DNA of 64,000 nucleotides from Podarcis filfolensis (GCA_964270895.1 OZ185437.1); one strand, 5' to 3'. Positions 1 to 25,700 are shown, numbered from the stretch's first letter. Notes: generated by a model not told the origin, from the letters alone. Translations and numbers: made by a program.

Positions 1-603
1 TTTGATTTATTCTGTGCCTGGTGGGTTGTTTTTGTTAATCAAGTTAATAAGATTTAACACAATCTTGGTCACAAGAGCTGTGTGTGAAACTACTGTCATG
101 CTTTTTGTCATCCAGCCCTGTTGCACTATCAGTTGCCATTCTTTTCTCTTGCATACATACAGTAGTCCATAAACTGGAAAGAGATTCAGCAATGTATTCT
201 TTTTAATGCTTATAGAGTTTGCAACAGTTAAGGTTGCTGTTATTTTTTTAAATCAATGCTATCATAAACAAGTCAATATAAACATTGTTGTGCTCTACAC
301 AGGAAGACGTCCCACCCCTGCTTTACCCCTTAATTCTCAAAGCAGGCTTCTGTCAACATTGGGAGGCGGACTGCAGCTCTGTGATTTCCTTAAGAGATGG
401 AACATTTCAGATGGGATATAAAAAGCAAACTCTCCAACCTCATAATCCCAGCTATGAATTACTATCTATATTTACATGATAGCCACCATGATGCTATGGC
501 TATGGAGTCCCAGTGATGTGTACATTTCTCTTGCTCAGGGATGCCAAGTTAGCAGGTGCTAACCAGTCTAGGTTATTTTACACCTCCCTAAGTTACAGCT
601 TAA

Positions 604-955
604 GGGACACTGGTGGCGCTGTGGGTTAAACCACAGAGCCTAGGACTTGCCAATCGGAAGGTCGAGGGTTCGAATCCCCGCGACAGGGTGAGCTCCCATT
701 GCTCGGTCCCTGCTCCTGCCAACCTAGCAGTTCAAAAGCACGTCAAAGTGCAAGTAGATAAATAGGTACCGCTCTGGCAGGAAGGTAAATGGCGTTTCCG
801 TGCGCTGCTCTGGTTCTCCAGAAGCGGCTTAGTCATGCTGGCCACATGACCCAGAAGCTGTACGCCGGCTCCCTCGGCCAATAAAGTGAGATGAGCGCCG
901 CAACCCCAGAGTCGGTCATGACTGGACCTAATGGTCAGGGGTCCCTTTAGCTTTA
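604..955 (+). mobile_element. Sauria (POM-type) SINE
   Basis: tRNA-like head with GGTTCGAATCC B-box; 14-bp TSD AAGTTACAGCTTAA (590-603, 956-969). Confidence 0.9.
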
Positions 956-1311
956 AAGTTACAGCTTAACCCAGCAGCCCTGCCTTTTCTCTTTATTCTT
1001 TCCCAAGCATCTGGGCATCGTGATGCACAAATATCCATTCTTCCTACTCCCATGAAACCAAGTTACTTGGTTTGCATTGCCATAGTATTTAGGCAGCTAA
1101 TGTCATAAAAGTGTTTTTGTAAGTGATGTGTGCTTTTGAACTTACTTCCAGGTAATTATGCTTTGAAATGTGGGCTTAATTAATTTTAACCAAAGTTAAA
1201 TGATACTTGTATGGAAGCCAAACAGCATAGTTAGCCTGTCTGCTAGGTTTTCCTCTGTTCTCTTCTTAAAATATTGCCTTTCGTATTTTTTATGTATAAC
1301 TGTACATCTAA

Positions 1312-12707
<11,396 letters not shown>

Positions 12708-13156
12708 TCCATACTTGAACACAGTGAGTGCCTACTGAAATGTTAGCAATAATTTTAAGTAGAATGTAGTATTGCTCAAGCTTTATGCACAATTAAAACA
12801 TAACTTTTTAAAATCTGGTTGTCTTGAAATTGCACCATTTACAGGAATGTGCATTTCCAGATTTGAAAAATATGCTTATTAGAAAATTGAAACAATACTT
12901 TTTTATATAGCTGTCATGAGATATATAGCAGTCTTCTGAGCAAAGCCTGCTCTAAATATACATAACAGTAATCATACTGAAGTTGGTTGGTCTAGTCTGG
13001 GTCTGGCTAGTGCCTAGGGATTTTAAATCATGCAGCTCTATGGATACTAATAATAATAGGACTTATTTGAAGTAGTTTGAGAATAATGGCCTTAATCTAA
13101 CATCTAATGGGGTTTTATTGGCTTATGGTACATTGATTACATCTTCTCATCTTCAG

Positions 13157-13835
13157 GGAGGAAACCTTGTACATAAAGCAGTAATTGTCAACACTGAAGT
13201 TTTTGTCTGCTCATGAGTACCAACATCTTGATCGATGGAGTTCAGAAATACTGGAAATTATGCTGACTTGTAATTATTTTCAAATTCTATCTATTCACTG
13301 TAATGTATTCTAATACAGTGCTGTAGTAAAGCTGGTGGATTATTTTGTTAAGTTTCAGTTTTGATACATTTTGGTTTAGAGTAATAACTTAATACTTAAG
13401 TTCATTCTTGTTTTGTAGCTTATAGTAGTTTTGTTAGATGGAAGAACTGCACTTCATAGAATAATGTTGATAAAAGTTCTTATTTACAAGGAAAAGTAAC
13501 AATGAGGCAAACAGATCTTCCCCTCTCCATCTTAAATTTAAAATTAGCCCGATTCTGTGGGTTCTGTGTACTGCATCTTTTTTATTGGTAAGATGTAGTG
13601 TATTGACATATTTGCATGCCTAGTGAGTCCCACCTGTAGATTAATAGTGGGTCTATAAATGGCAATGGTAGAATACTGTAATTTTATGAGAACTTTATGC
13701 ATTAACATTTGGCTTCCAGAATCTTCTCTTTACTTGCACAAAAGACTAGTTTTAAGAGAATAAAGGATTAGTGTTTTCATGGATCTATAGTTGTTATGTT
13801 TATTCTTGCTAAATAAAAGCTTTTTAAACATGTAT
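13157..13835 (+). other. DDX43: Probable DDX43 non-coding last exon (3'UTR), polyA signal AATAAA at 13812-13817
   Basis: gtgagt donor at 12724, pyrimidine tract plus cag acceptor at 13155-13156, downstream AATAAA; end coordinate approximate. Confidence 0.5.
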
Positions 13836-15129
13836 CATTTTCATATAGCATGTTCCAGAACTTGCCAAACGGTAGTAATCTGCCTTGCTATAAGATTGTG
13901 AGTCAAACATTGTATCATAATTTGTTTCAATGACTAAAGCACTTCACCTTCATGTGCTGTGTGAGAAGGATTATTCAGTCTCTAGTTTCTAGTTTTGTTG
14001 CACTTGAATATAATTTTCTAGTATGAACAAGAAATAGAAGCAGAGATTGGGATTAGCCATTTCCTATTTATATATCAAATGGATCCTGGGGAATTCTGTG
14101 CAACAAAATATGGTCTGCATTTAGCAATACTGTTGTATACCTATGCACACAAAAAAGCTGGTCATTTGCAGGAGGGCAAACACACACACTCCAAAAGTGC
14201 CCCTAATTAAACATTCTCTTTCTCCCCCATAATTGCATGTAACTTGCTCCCACAGGAAGATATGCACCCAACTGGGGAAATGTCCCATTGTCCTTGCCAA
14301 ATCAGTTCTCTATGCATGTGCACTTTCTCAAATGTTCCTACAATATAAAGGAAAGGTGCAAATAAAATACGAAGCTTTCCTTTCCAAATGTTTAACAGTG
14401 GCAGGGAAGTGATTTGACGCCTGCCTGGAAATGTTTTGAAAGAGCAAGCCATAACTGGCATTGTAAATTGTTGATTTGTACTTGCATCAAAGTACTGAGT
14501 GCAAAACACATAATGAAAAGCGGTCTTTATATTGTGGTGTTATAAACTATACACACTATCTCTACTTACTCAAAGAAAGTTGAAAGTGAGGTACCAGATC
14601 ACAGAACTTTCTTTTTCCTCAGCCCACTTCCTAACTATGCAAGAGCCTATGTATTGCTGCTACCAGCAATTGACTTTATCATGAGACTCTGACCATTAAA
14701 AGCAGTGAGAGAGCATAGCAGTTTTCTTAGAAACCAAGTTCACCACTGGAGCCAGGAATTTATGGCATATGACAGTATCTCACTACCAGTGGCTATTGTA
14801 CCCCCATGAGGTAACGTCATAGCTGCTGGCCACTAACTTTAAAACCCACATAAGTCTCAAGTTTCCTACTCTCCATGGGGTTATGTTCACAGCACCCACT
14901 GGGCCTTCTCAAAAGGGTATGTGCATGTGAGTTTGCTTGTGAGAGGACAGCAAACACTGTCCAACCTTTTTCTTGCCTGCCAGCTACCAGCGATAGCCTA
15001 AGCTATGCATGGGGTGCAGTAAGTTGTCCCATGCCTATCTCCACTTGGCTCCAGAAAGTAACACTGAGAGAATGGGCTTCAGCCCCATTGTAGTTATGCT
15101 GAGAATTCCTCAGGGCAGTTTTATCCCCC

Positions 15130-15860
15130 ATACCATTCAACAGTTATATTAAGCCATTGGGGGAGCAGCCATAAGGGGAATTGGAGTATTATGTCATCAG
15201 TATGCTGACACCCAACCCTCTTTCTCCATATCAGTCAGATGTGGCCCTGCAGTAGCTGGACTGGTGTGTGTGCACAATGGTGGGCTGGAAGAAGGCCAAC
15301 TTGAATCCTGGTAGGACTGAGGCTGTGGGTGAGTGGTTTTCCAGATCAGGGAAATAGGTCAGTTGCCCTCTTCTGAACGTGATTGCACTCCCTCTAAAAG
15401 AGCAGGTACATTGCTTCGGAGTACATCTAACTTTGTCACCAGAGGCCAAAGTGACTTCACTAGCTAGGACACCTGTCAATTAAGGATGGTGTGAAAGCTA
15501 CAATATTTCAGGCAATGACAACTTCCAGATTGCGGTAAGCCAGTACGCTGTATCTGCTGCAATTAGTGCACAATACTTTAGCAAGGCTGCCGCAGGTGGT
15601 GCCCAACTGACAGTGTGAAACACCTGTGCTGAATTGCACTGGCTGCTTAAATACTACCAAGACAGGTTTAAGGTTTTGCTATTGGTATACAAGGCCTTGA
15701 ACAACCCAGGACCATGATAACCTTGCAAAAGTCTTTGCCCTGTCTGGTCAATTCTTGGAGAAATTCTTTACCTTGCATACTTGTTGCCGGTCACTTGGTC
15801 TTACGTCCACTAAAACCAGGAGTTTTGGTGTGGCGGCAATGGTTCTCTGGATTGTACTTC
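15130..15860 (+). mobile_element. Decayed L2 LINE (RT C-terminal region)
   Basis: cagtatgctgac-acccaac (QYAD-TQ) and downstream L2-like peptides with stops and frameshifts; ends approximate. Confidence 0.6.
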
Positions 15861-15889
15861 CAATGTTTATCAGGTAGATACCTATAGTG

Positions 15890-16096
15890 CAGGCACGGCC
15901 AACAGGTAGATTACTGAACGTCTGTGGTAGATCACTGGTAGATCACATTTTTGCCCTGCACCCCCCAAAAATGGGCTTTCCTCCCTAAAGAAAGCTCAAC
16001 AACTGACCTGAACCCCCAAAAAGGTAAGGGGGTAGATCACTGCCAGTTTTTAACTCTGAGAGTAGATCACAGTCTTTTGGGAGTTGGCCACCCCTG
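15890..16096. mobile_element. hAT-type MITE
   Basis: CAGGCACGGCCAAC...GTTGGCCACCCCTG; 8-bp TSD CTATAGTG/CTATAGTA. Confidence 0.75.
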
Positions 16097-16407
16097 CTAT
16101 AGTACTAAGGCATAAGTGTAAAACTCACATCTTCAACAAATAATTACTGGAAGGGTGATCAAACTGTTGATGTATTAATCTGATTTGGTTTTGGTGTATT
16201 TGAGTTACTAAGTCTGATTTATGCTTTGGCAAGAAGGTGGTCACTTTGCGGGAGGGGCAACTCACAATTATCAAGTGTTTTCTGCCTTTCAAGCAAGTAG
16301 AAGCATAATCCCACTTTGTGGTGTCCTTGTAATCCTTTCAGGTGAGTACCCATAGTGTCTTTCAATTTCATTCATAATTCTTTGCATGAATTCAAGTACT
16401 GTAGCTC

Positions 16408-16413
16408 TTTATT
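16408..16413 (-). terminator. Candidate cGAS polyA signal (AATAAA on minus strand, 6 nt after the stop)
   Basis: TTTATT on plus; use is unverified. Confidence 0.3.
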
Positions 16414-16419
16414 TTAAAG

Positions 16420-16762
16420 TTACAGGAAAAATATAGGAAACATATTGTTTTGCTCACTTTCAATTACTTTTGCAAGTGCATTACATTTTGTCTTTTCAAC
16501 TGTCTGAAGCAAGTTGAACTCAGGTATAAAAAAGTGTTTTAACTCGGCCGCTCTGAGACAACCCACAAAATAATCCAGTAGTCTGTTGAAACATTCGTGA
16601 AGATTTGCTGCAAGCCATTCATCATCACGGGGCCACTTGGTACATGCATGAAGAAAGGCAGTTTTGGCAAAGTAAGAGTGGAATTTTTCAAACTGATTTC
16701 TGTTTTCATGTTTTGTTTTAAGCTGCTCCAGCAAATACTTCAGAAGCTTAAGACAATCTTTC
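16420..16762 (-). CDS. CGAS: cGAS exon 5 ([15 protein letters not shown]...FIPEFNLL...NNMFPIFFL*)
   Basis: caacag acceptor; TAA stop. Confidence 0.95.
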
Positions 16763-19700
16763 CTGTTGAGAAATAATAAAAAACACTGTGAAATATGTTA
16801 TTCTGAAACACACATCCTACTAGGAACAATTGATTTAACAGGGATATTTGCTATACACAGACCTGCTTGGGACAGGTTGTGCTATTAGATGGACTGTGTT
16901 GGACTTTTAGATAGCATAGCTTAACCTTTGCCACAAGTAACTTTCATCTTCAGTTCCATAAATGCTTCTAGAAATTGCCTTCCTCACATCATCAAGTTTT
17001 AAATATATACATTTCATTTCTCACCAGTGCCATGCCCTCTAGTTAAGTGCTGTCTCTGAGCTAGAGGGGATGGCAGTGGTGAGAGATGAAAAAGAAGAAA
17101 AGGAGATAGTTATGTTGGCTATGTAAGGATCAACATTCAGAAAATAATTTCCAATTACTATATAGCACTGAATCTTTAAAAGGTAGGATAGGACCCAATA
17201 GTAGGCTGCAACATGAGCACTACCATCATGGAAATACATGACAGAAGATGAAGGAATGGGTTAAAAGTGGTTCCTGATTGCGAGGAGATCGGAGAATTTT
17301 TAAACTATAACAATCTTCCAGCAATTCCAAGTGAAATAATTAAACATCTTAATGCACCAATTACAGCCATGGAAATTCAACAAGCAATCAAGAATGTGAA
17401 ACCAGGGAAGTCACTGGGTCCAGATGGACTGTCAGCCTGCTATTATAAGAAGCCGAAAGAAGCCCTATCACGACCTTTACAAGAGGTAATGAACTATATA
17501 CTAGCCAAAGGCGTAACACCAGAGAAATGGAAGGAAGCATTTGTTACATTAATTCCCAAACGGGACAGACCTAACACTTATTTCAAGCTACAGACCAATC
17601 TCATTACTCAACAATGACTATAAACTTCTTGCACACATCCTGTCAGAGAGATTAAAAAAGACTCTGGGAGAAATAATCCATGAAGACCAGGCGGGCTTTC
17701 TCCCTGGACAACAAATGAATAGTAATATAAGAAATATTATTAATATACTGGGGCACCTAGAAATCAGAAATGACAAACCAGCAGCTCTCATGCTAGTAGA
17801 CACAAAGAAGGCGTTTGATAATATCTCATGGAGCTTTATGAAAACACAAATTAACCTAATGGGATTTGGAGATATCTTCTGCAGAGGAACAGAGGCAATC
17901 TATACGGAGGAGAGAGCAAGACTCATTATAAATAGCAACATCACAGATAGCTGTAACGTAAGAAAGGGGACAAGGCAAGGATGCCCCCTGCCCCCATTGC
18001 TATTTTAGTACTGGAAATCCTGAACAAGAAGATAAGAGAAGATGAGAAGATAAGAGGTGTAGTAATAGGAGGGAAATCTTACAAACTAAAAGCTTTAACT
18101 ACAGAGAACCCAAAAGAAAACTTCTTAAGAACATTAGAATTGATAAATGAATTTGGACAGGTGGCAGGCTTCAAGCAAAAATAAATAAATTACTAGTTAA
18201 AAATATGGAGGTTCAGGAAAAAAGTGAGATCTGTGGCTTGGAAATCAGTAAAAAAGTTAAATATCTGGGTATATGGCTCACAGCAAAGAACATCAATTTA
18301 TTTCAAGATAATTATGTCAGCACCTAGAAGGAGATAAAAAACAATTTGGAAATTTGGAGTAGGCTAAATATTTGCTTTTAGAGAAGAATTTCTATGATAA
18401 AAATGAGTGTGCTTCCAAAAATTATATTTTTGTTTCAAACTATCCAGGTGATAGGAACAGTGAGCTGCTTCAAAGACTGGCAGAAGGATTTACTTGAAAT
18501 GTCAAAAACCCCAGGATTAAGCACCAATTATTAATCAACATAAAGGAGAGGGGAGGTTTTGCACTACCGTATCTGAAACTAACATGAAGTAGCATGTAGT
18601 TGACACTACAAACCACGGATTTGCTGGATCTAGAGGGATTTGACAATAGATACAGCTGGCATGCTTATTTGGGTTATGAGAAGGTCAAAGTACATAAAAG
18701 CTTCTTAAACCATGTGGTTAGGAAATCTCTATATACAGTGTGGGCCAAATATAAGGCCTTACTAGAACCCAAAATGCCTTGGTGGGTGTCCCCAACAGAG
18801 GCATTCTTGGTTAAAAAGAAAAATATGAGAGGTAATTGGGCAACCTATAAAGAATTGCTGGAAGAAAAAAAATAAGTTAAAACTCAAAAAATTCTAAGAA
18901 TCCGAAACTACCTAACAGACTGGATGCAATATTTTCAACTGAATGACACTTTCCAAAAGGACAAAAAATTGGGTGTTTCCACAGATCCTTTGAGACTCCA
19001 AAAAGATCTGATCCAAACTAAATACAAACCAGTCTCTAAAATGTATAGGTTCCTCCTTGACTGGGAGGTCAAGGAGCAGGAAGTAAAATCAGTAATGGTA
19101 CAGTGAGCTAGGGATTTTGGTTATAACATCTAAACGGAATCATGGAAGAAGCTATGGAGGGAAGATATAAAATTCACTGCGTGTTATAATCTAAAAGAGA
19201 ACTGCATGAAAATGCTCAACAGGTGGTATTTAACACTGGCCAAAATGGTTAAATCTAGGTCAAACACATGTTGGAAATGCAGGGAGGTGGAAGGCACAAC
19301 GATCCACATGTGGTGGAATTGCAAAAAAAATCAGAGAATTCTGGGAGATAATATACATGAAACTTAAGAAAATGTTTAAATGTTCCCTCCTCAAGAAGCC
19401 TTAAGCCTTCGCTAGAAATAAGCAATGAAATCCCAAAAAAATTTAAGAGAATTTTCATGTATGCAGCAACAGCAGCTAGAATTTTAATTGCAAAGGCCTG
19501 GAAAAGAGATGCTATCCCATCAAAACTAGATTGGCAGAACAAAATGCAAGAATGTGCAGAACTAAATAGATTATCAGCAAAATTCCGAGATGTCACTGAC
19601 CAAAAATTTAATAGGACGTATATAGAGTCTATCCTAGTTGAAGAATGTAACTTGGGAATCACAATGGGGAGACTGGAGGTCATGATCACAAAATGTCACC

Positions 19701-22700
19701 TACAATAAGAATTAAGCATGGAATGAATGTTTTATTTCCTTCCTTTCTGTTGATTGCTTTGTGCCGTATTTTTAAAATCAATAAAGCACAATTAAAAAAG
19801 GGAAAGGGGAAAAAGTGGGTCCTGATTGAAGATACTTGCTATATATAGGTTTAAACCATGGTTTCCTGGCTTAGATGCAACAGAAAAGTGTTATTTCCCA
19901 AACTCAAAAGTTTTGCACAGGCACAACGCTCACTCTCTGTACAATAAATCATAGTTTATTAGTCTAACATAATTACCTCAGAGTCAGTGAATGCCAGCTG
20001 ATTTAAGTGCACATTCTTTAATATAGGCTTTTGTTAGTCACCAACAATAGCTGGGAGATTAACAGAGCAATCCAAACTCCCTTTGTGCTGAAGGAATAGA
20101 AATGAGGTGTAGGTGTCTCTCTGCCCATCAAGTTCAAGTTTTATTGCGGCAAAAGCCAGTAACACTAAACACCACAAGATCAAACAAAAAGAGATCAACA
20201 ACATCAGAAAGGGGGGGGAAAAAAAAGATTACACAAGGGAACTTTGCAGTGTGCCATTCAACAGAAGAGATTTACGCTTCCTGATTGCTAAAGTGCAAAA
20301 TTTGGCCACCTCATATGATATTGAGCTTGAGGAATCTTCCAGAAGGTATTTTCGTAGAATTTCGGGGGAGGATTCCAAATAATGTTGTAGGGGTATAAAT
20401 TTTGATAAAAGCGGCAAAATAAGTTGAACTCGTTCTTCACTATAAAATTCGCAAAATAGAAGGATGTGTGTGACAGATTCTACCTTATTAGACATACAGG
20501 GGCAGAGACGCACATGCATTGGTACCCGCGTGAATTTGCCGTACAGCACTGCTGAGGGCATTGTCTCAAAGCAGGGTCTAGAGAAAGCCCATCTATAAGC
20601 TTCGTTAGTGATGTTAGTTAAGTAAGGGGCAGCTGCAAAATTAGGCCAAGCTTTTAAGCATCTATACGTCTCCAGGAGTAGGGCGACTTCTTGTTGTAAT
20701 TCGACATCGTAAAGTCTCTGAGTGACAATTGCTTTTGCCTTGTTCAGAGTTTCAATAAAAAGATTTTCAGGGTTTAGGCCAATTTGTTTGATCTTATTAG
20801 TTATTTGCATAAGCCAAGGAGGATAGGGAGCTGCGGCCAGGAAGCAAGCTAACAGTCCCTTAGGATTGTAATGGATTTTCAGCCAGAGGGATATTGCTTG
20901 CTCCCAGACTTTTAATTCCACTCTGGGCAGTCCTGCCTCTTGCCTTAAGACTGCATTAGGTGTACACTTTGGGGTAGCAAATAATGATCTTAAGAATTTT
21001 GATTGTACTGTTTCAAGGGTCTTAAGGTTGGCAGAGGGGCTAATTTGAGAGCCATACAGGAGTTGGGCTAGAGATTTTGCCTGAAAAACTTTTAGGGCCA
21101 TCGGGAGGAAGCCAGCTCCTTTCCTTCTGAATAATCTAAGGATGGCATTTGCACTTCTTCCTGCTGATATAGCTGATGTGGTCAGGTGTGTTGACAGTTT
21201 GGCATTATAAGAGAAAGTAATGCCTAAGTATTGGAAGGTCTTAGTCTGTTCAATGGCGTTTCCCTTTACGCTCCAATTATCTTTCCTGAAGGAGCGGTTA
21301 AAATGTACAATTTTGGTTTTGGCAAAGTTAATTGTTAACAGTTCAGTGTTACATTGGTCACTAAACTTTCCTAAGGCACGTTTCAGGCCCACTTTGGTTT
21401 GAGAGAGAAGAACAGCGTCATCCGCATACATTAAAACTGGTACTTTTCTGCCGTTAGAGAACACGGGGGGGTGGGTTTCGATTTCACGGCAACATGTGAC
21501 CAGGGAGTTAACATAGATGTTAAATAAAAATGGGGCTAATAGGCATCCATGTCTAACTCCCCTTTGGACTGGGATTTCTCTAGAGAGTCTGCCGTCCTGT
21601 GCGAGTCTTATCTGGAGGGTAATGTTCTCATGAAGCTTAATCATCAGAAGTAATAACCTTCTGTTAATACCCATATTGGCCAATTTGGCCCAGAGCCTAC
21701 CCCTGGATACAGAATCAAATGCTGCCTTTAGGTCCACAAAGGCCGCATACAATGACTTTTTCCAATGTTTCACATACTTATAGACAAAATAATCTAACAC
21801 TAAGCAGTGATCTATGGTAGAACGTCCAGATGTAAACCCTGCTTGTTCAATTTCTAGCAAGTCATTATGATCTAACCATTCACATAATTTTAAACATAGA
21901 TGTTTTGTATAAAGTTTACAGATCACATTCAGAAGACTAATTGGTCTATAATTAGCTGGGTCAGAGGGGTTGCCCTTTTTAAATATAGGAACAATTATAG
22001 CCAGTCCCCAATCTTTAGGGATTTCAGTTGTCTTATCTCTCTGCCCATCCTAACAACCTCAATAGCTTCTTGGCAACCTCCACTTGTGGAGTGACACACT
22101 GTCACTCTGTTGGCACCAAGATCTCCCTTCTGCATATGTGGTTGGAATTGCCACTGGTTGCAAGCCCCAAATTGGGATTTTCCACATGTTTTATTATTTT
22201 TCCTCTTAAGAACATGGCAGTTAGTCAATCACTAGACCAGAGGTCGGCAAACTTTTTCAGCAGGGGGCCGGTCCACTGTCCCTCAGACCTTGTGGCGGGG
22301 AGGACTATATGGGGGGGGGGAATGAACGAATTCCTATGCACACTGCATTTTAAATAAAAGAACACAGCATGCAAGAGCACCAGGCAGGCCCCACAAGTAA
22401 CTCAGAGATGCATTTTAAATAAAAGGACACATTCTACTTAGGTAAGCCACCAACCCCCCACGACTCTCTCCTCCCTTCTCCACAGCACTGGATGAGCCCC
22501 AGTGACTGCTTACCTGTGTCTTGCAAGTGGCAGGGGCTGGCGGCGGAGGGAAGATGAGTGGCACGCGAAAGGGCTCTGGAGAGGGGCTGCTTTAAATGAT
22601 GGCTGCTCAAGCGCTCACACAGCTGCTCCTGGCACCAATGAAGCCCTTCCCCTTCCTCCCAGCATTAGGCAGGGCGGGGAGAAGCCGGGAGGAGGCACCA

Positions 22701-25700
22701 CCACGTGGGGGGGGATGGCACAGGCTGAATGGTCAGCGGCAATTCCCCGGGCCGTCTGTGGCCAGATCCAGAAGGAAATTGGGCCAGATATGGCCCTGGG
22801 GCCGTAGTTTGCCGACCCATGTGTTAGACAGTTGTCACAGGGAGTTTTACCATATTCAATCATTCTTGATTTGAGCCTATGGAGATTCTGAATTTTGGCA
22901 CTACATCCATTTTATACCTCTAAACGATAGTTTGGCAGTACATTTAGTTGAGAGTTGTAGCCAGTAAATCCTTACAATTTCCCAGTTTCCTAAGCATTTT
23001 CTAGACTTATATAGTGGCTAAAACTGACAAAGCAAATAGGAGAACGGTAGTTAAAGATACTAACCTGCAGCATCTTTGTCCATTTTGTTCACAACAGGTC
23101 TTTGAGTTGCCATGATTAGTCATTATAGCCTTCTCAATATGTGAAAAAGAGAGTCGCCAAGTGTTTTCTAAGTTTTTTTTTTAAAAAAAGAAACAATGTA
23201 AAATATTGGAAATCTCTCTTTAAATAACATGTTGATTGAGCTATTTTTTAACTGTTTATTAGTGACAGATTATGTGACCCTTTAAGCTACTATGTGAACA
23301 CTGAAACTCATAAGCAAAAACTTGCAGCTGTGGAAAGGCACAACTTTTGCCCTTGTGCTGGTTCTGGCCTAAATGCTGCCACTGTGCATAGATATGCTGA
23401 GCAAAATCCAAGTCAAGTGGTATCTTAGCCTTGGAAAAAGGAATACAACCCAGTTCTTCACTTTTCTGCTTGTATAGGAAGTTTAGCTACCATGAAGCAG
23501 AGAGCTTATCCCACTGTTGTTCAATTGTGCCTTTAGGATTGGTCTGATGACTGTTGCCCAGCTTTAATATTCTTTTAGAATATTAGAATAAAGAATAAAA
23601 GAGATTCCTTCTTAAGAAATAACAGAACAGGGACCCTGGTACTTCAAAACATTTGTTGTTATTTACAGCACATAGAAAGAATAACCAATTACTGCAGTCT
23701 CTTGAAAATAGTCTACCACCACACAACAGCTAGAATACCTGATACAATGACATGACTTTGTGCATTATGTATTTAGCCAAATATAAGCTTTAGTACCTAT
23801 TAAGCACTTTCCATCTTTGGCAATCTTGGGCACGAGGTAGAGTGGTTCGTTTAAAAAGGCATTCTTTACTTTTCTTCCTAGCCATCCTGCAATATCCAGG
23901 CCATTCCTTGTACTTTCACACCAGTTCCGGTGCCGAAATTCCAAAGCAAGAATGATATCTACCGATATAACGGAGGGAGGCTTTCCAATGAGAAGGGTTA
24001 CTGCTGGGCATCCAGGCTTCTTTCTCTCTACATGCACTTCCACATCCAGATCTGTTGATAGCAACAGCAACAATCTAATACAAACCAATTTCATTGTGTT
24101 TCATTAAGATTTCCCCACCTCACAATGACTTGAACAGGAAGTTAAGAATATGTACTTAAAACAATATAGCCAAGTAAGCAGCATCAACTTCAGTTATGGC
24201 ACTTAATGCCAGCAGCTAACACAGACCTTGGAAAAAACAATGTGTTAGTGGCACTACAGTTCTGCTATTCTTACTCTGCAACAAAAAACTAAATTCCAAT
24301 TTAAACACTATGTGGTGAACAAGAATATAACACAATTATTAAGGAAGCTGTAGGCTGGATTCAACAAACAGGCTAGTGGAAGCCTGCACAAGGATTTCTG
24401 CCAGTGCAACAGGTCTTGTCAGCTTTCTGCTCCCCAAGTACCCCCCTCCAAATAGGCTCAGAGGTGGGTGGAAGAACTTCCAGAACAGGGAGGAGAGGGG
24501 ATATAATTCCATTGGGCGAGCTGATATGCTTGTGCTCCTAGAACATTTGGGAAAGGGTGATGTTGAATTCTTTGCAGTATATTTTGGGTTATCTCTTAAA
24601 ATATACAATATTTAATGTTTCCCAATAAAAATAATATCCAATTTGTATAGTAAATGTTTACAATACAAAGTCAATTTTATATTGACATTCTTCTAACCAA
24701 ATATTTCAGTTCAACTAACTTTTTGTTATGGCAAAAATGGCAGGTGTTCAGCATTTAAAATTAACATGACTTTCTGCTTATCAAACTAATGTTTCTAATG
24801 TTTCTATTAAACTAGATGTTTAACTAACTTTCTGCTTATCAAACTAATCTTATCTTCCATTTCAAGCAGCTGAGTTTTCCAATTCCATTGCAGAAATCCT
24901 ACATTACTATTTCTAATTGGACCTATAAATTTCAGTGCGACTAGAGAGCATTCATCTGTTTGCACACAGTATTTGAGGAGGGTTGCTTATCTCTGAAGAG
25001 GAAGGAAAAAAATTAATGTAATGAATACTTACCCTTATTTTTTTTTACTTCTTCTATAATAATGTTCCTCAGTGCTGACAGCATATCAGAAGATGAAAGA
25101 TGCATTTTGTCATCTAAAAATTTAGCTAGATGTGCCTTTTCTCCAGGGTTCCTTTTCAATTTTACATAGAAGAAAGCACCAGAAGCAGCAACATTGCAGG
25201 ATTCTAGTTCAACTCTCATATCTGGTACTTTGAGCATAATATCAAATTCATTTGGGTTAGAAATCTGCAAGACAGACAAAAACATTTCTCACAATTTACT
25301 GTGTCCCAGAATGTGTTAATAACTTGTGTTCTCATGACTCCAGACTAAAGGTCATCCTTACAGCCCTCTGGAGACAACCACTGAAAAGTGCTTCTGCGCA
25401 GTCATGTCATTTGAAATACCCTTGCTAGGTGCATAATAGTGATCAAAACCCACACACATTTGCTTACACCCACAGGCTGGCAGCCTCAATGGCACCCCTC
25501 TGGAGGCTTCATCTGGGGCAAAAATGCTTTCCCCCACCCCATAGCTACAATGAGAGGTCTTTCTTTTGCCCCATGCTTTCCCTGGGAAAACCCGCTGTTT
25601 ACTGCTGAATGGGAACAAACGTCAATCTTCAGAAAACTGACATTTGTTCTGATTCAGTGGTAAACGGGTTTTCCCGAGAAAAGCGATGGGATAAAGTGCT

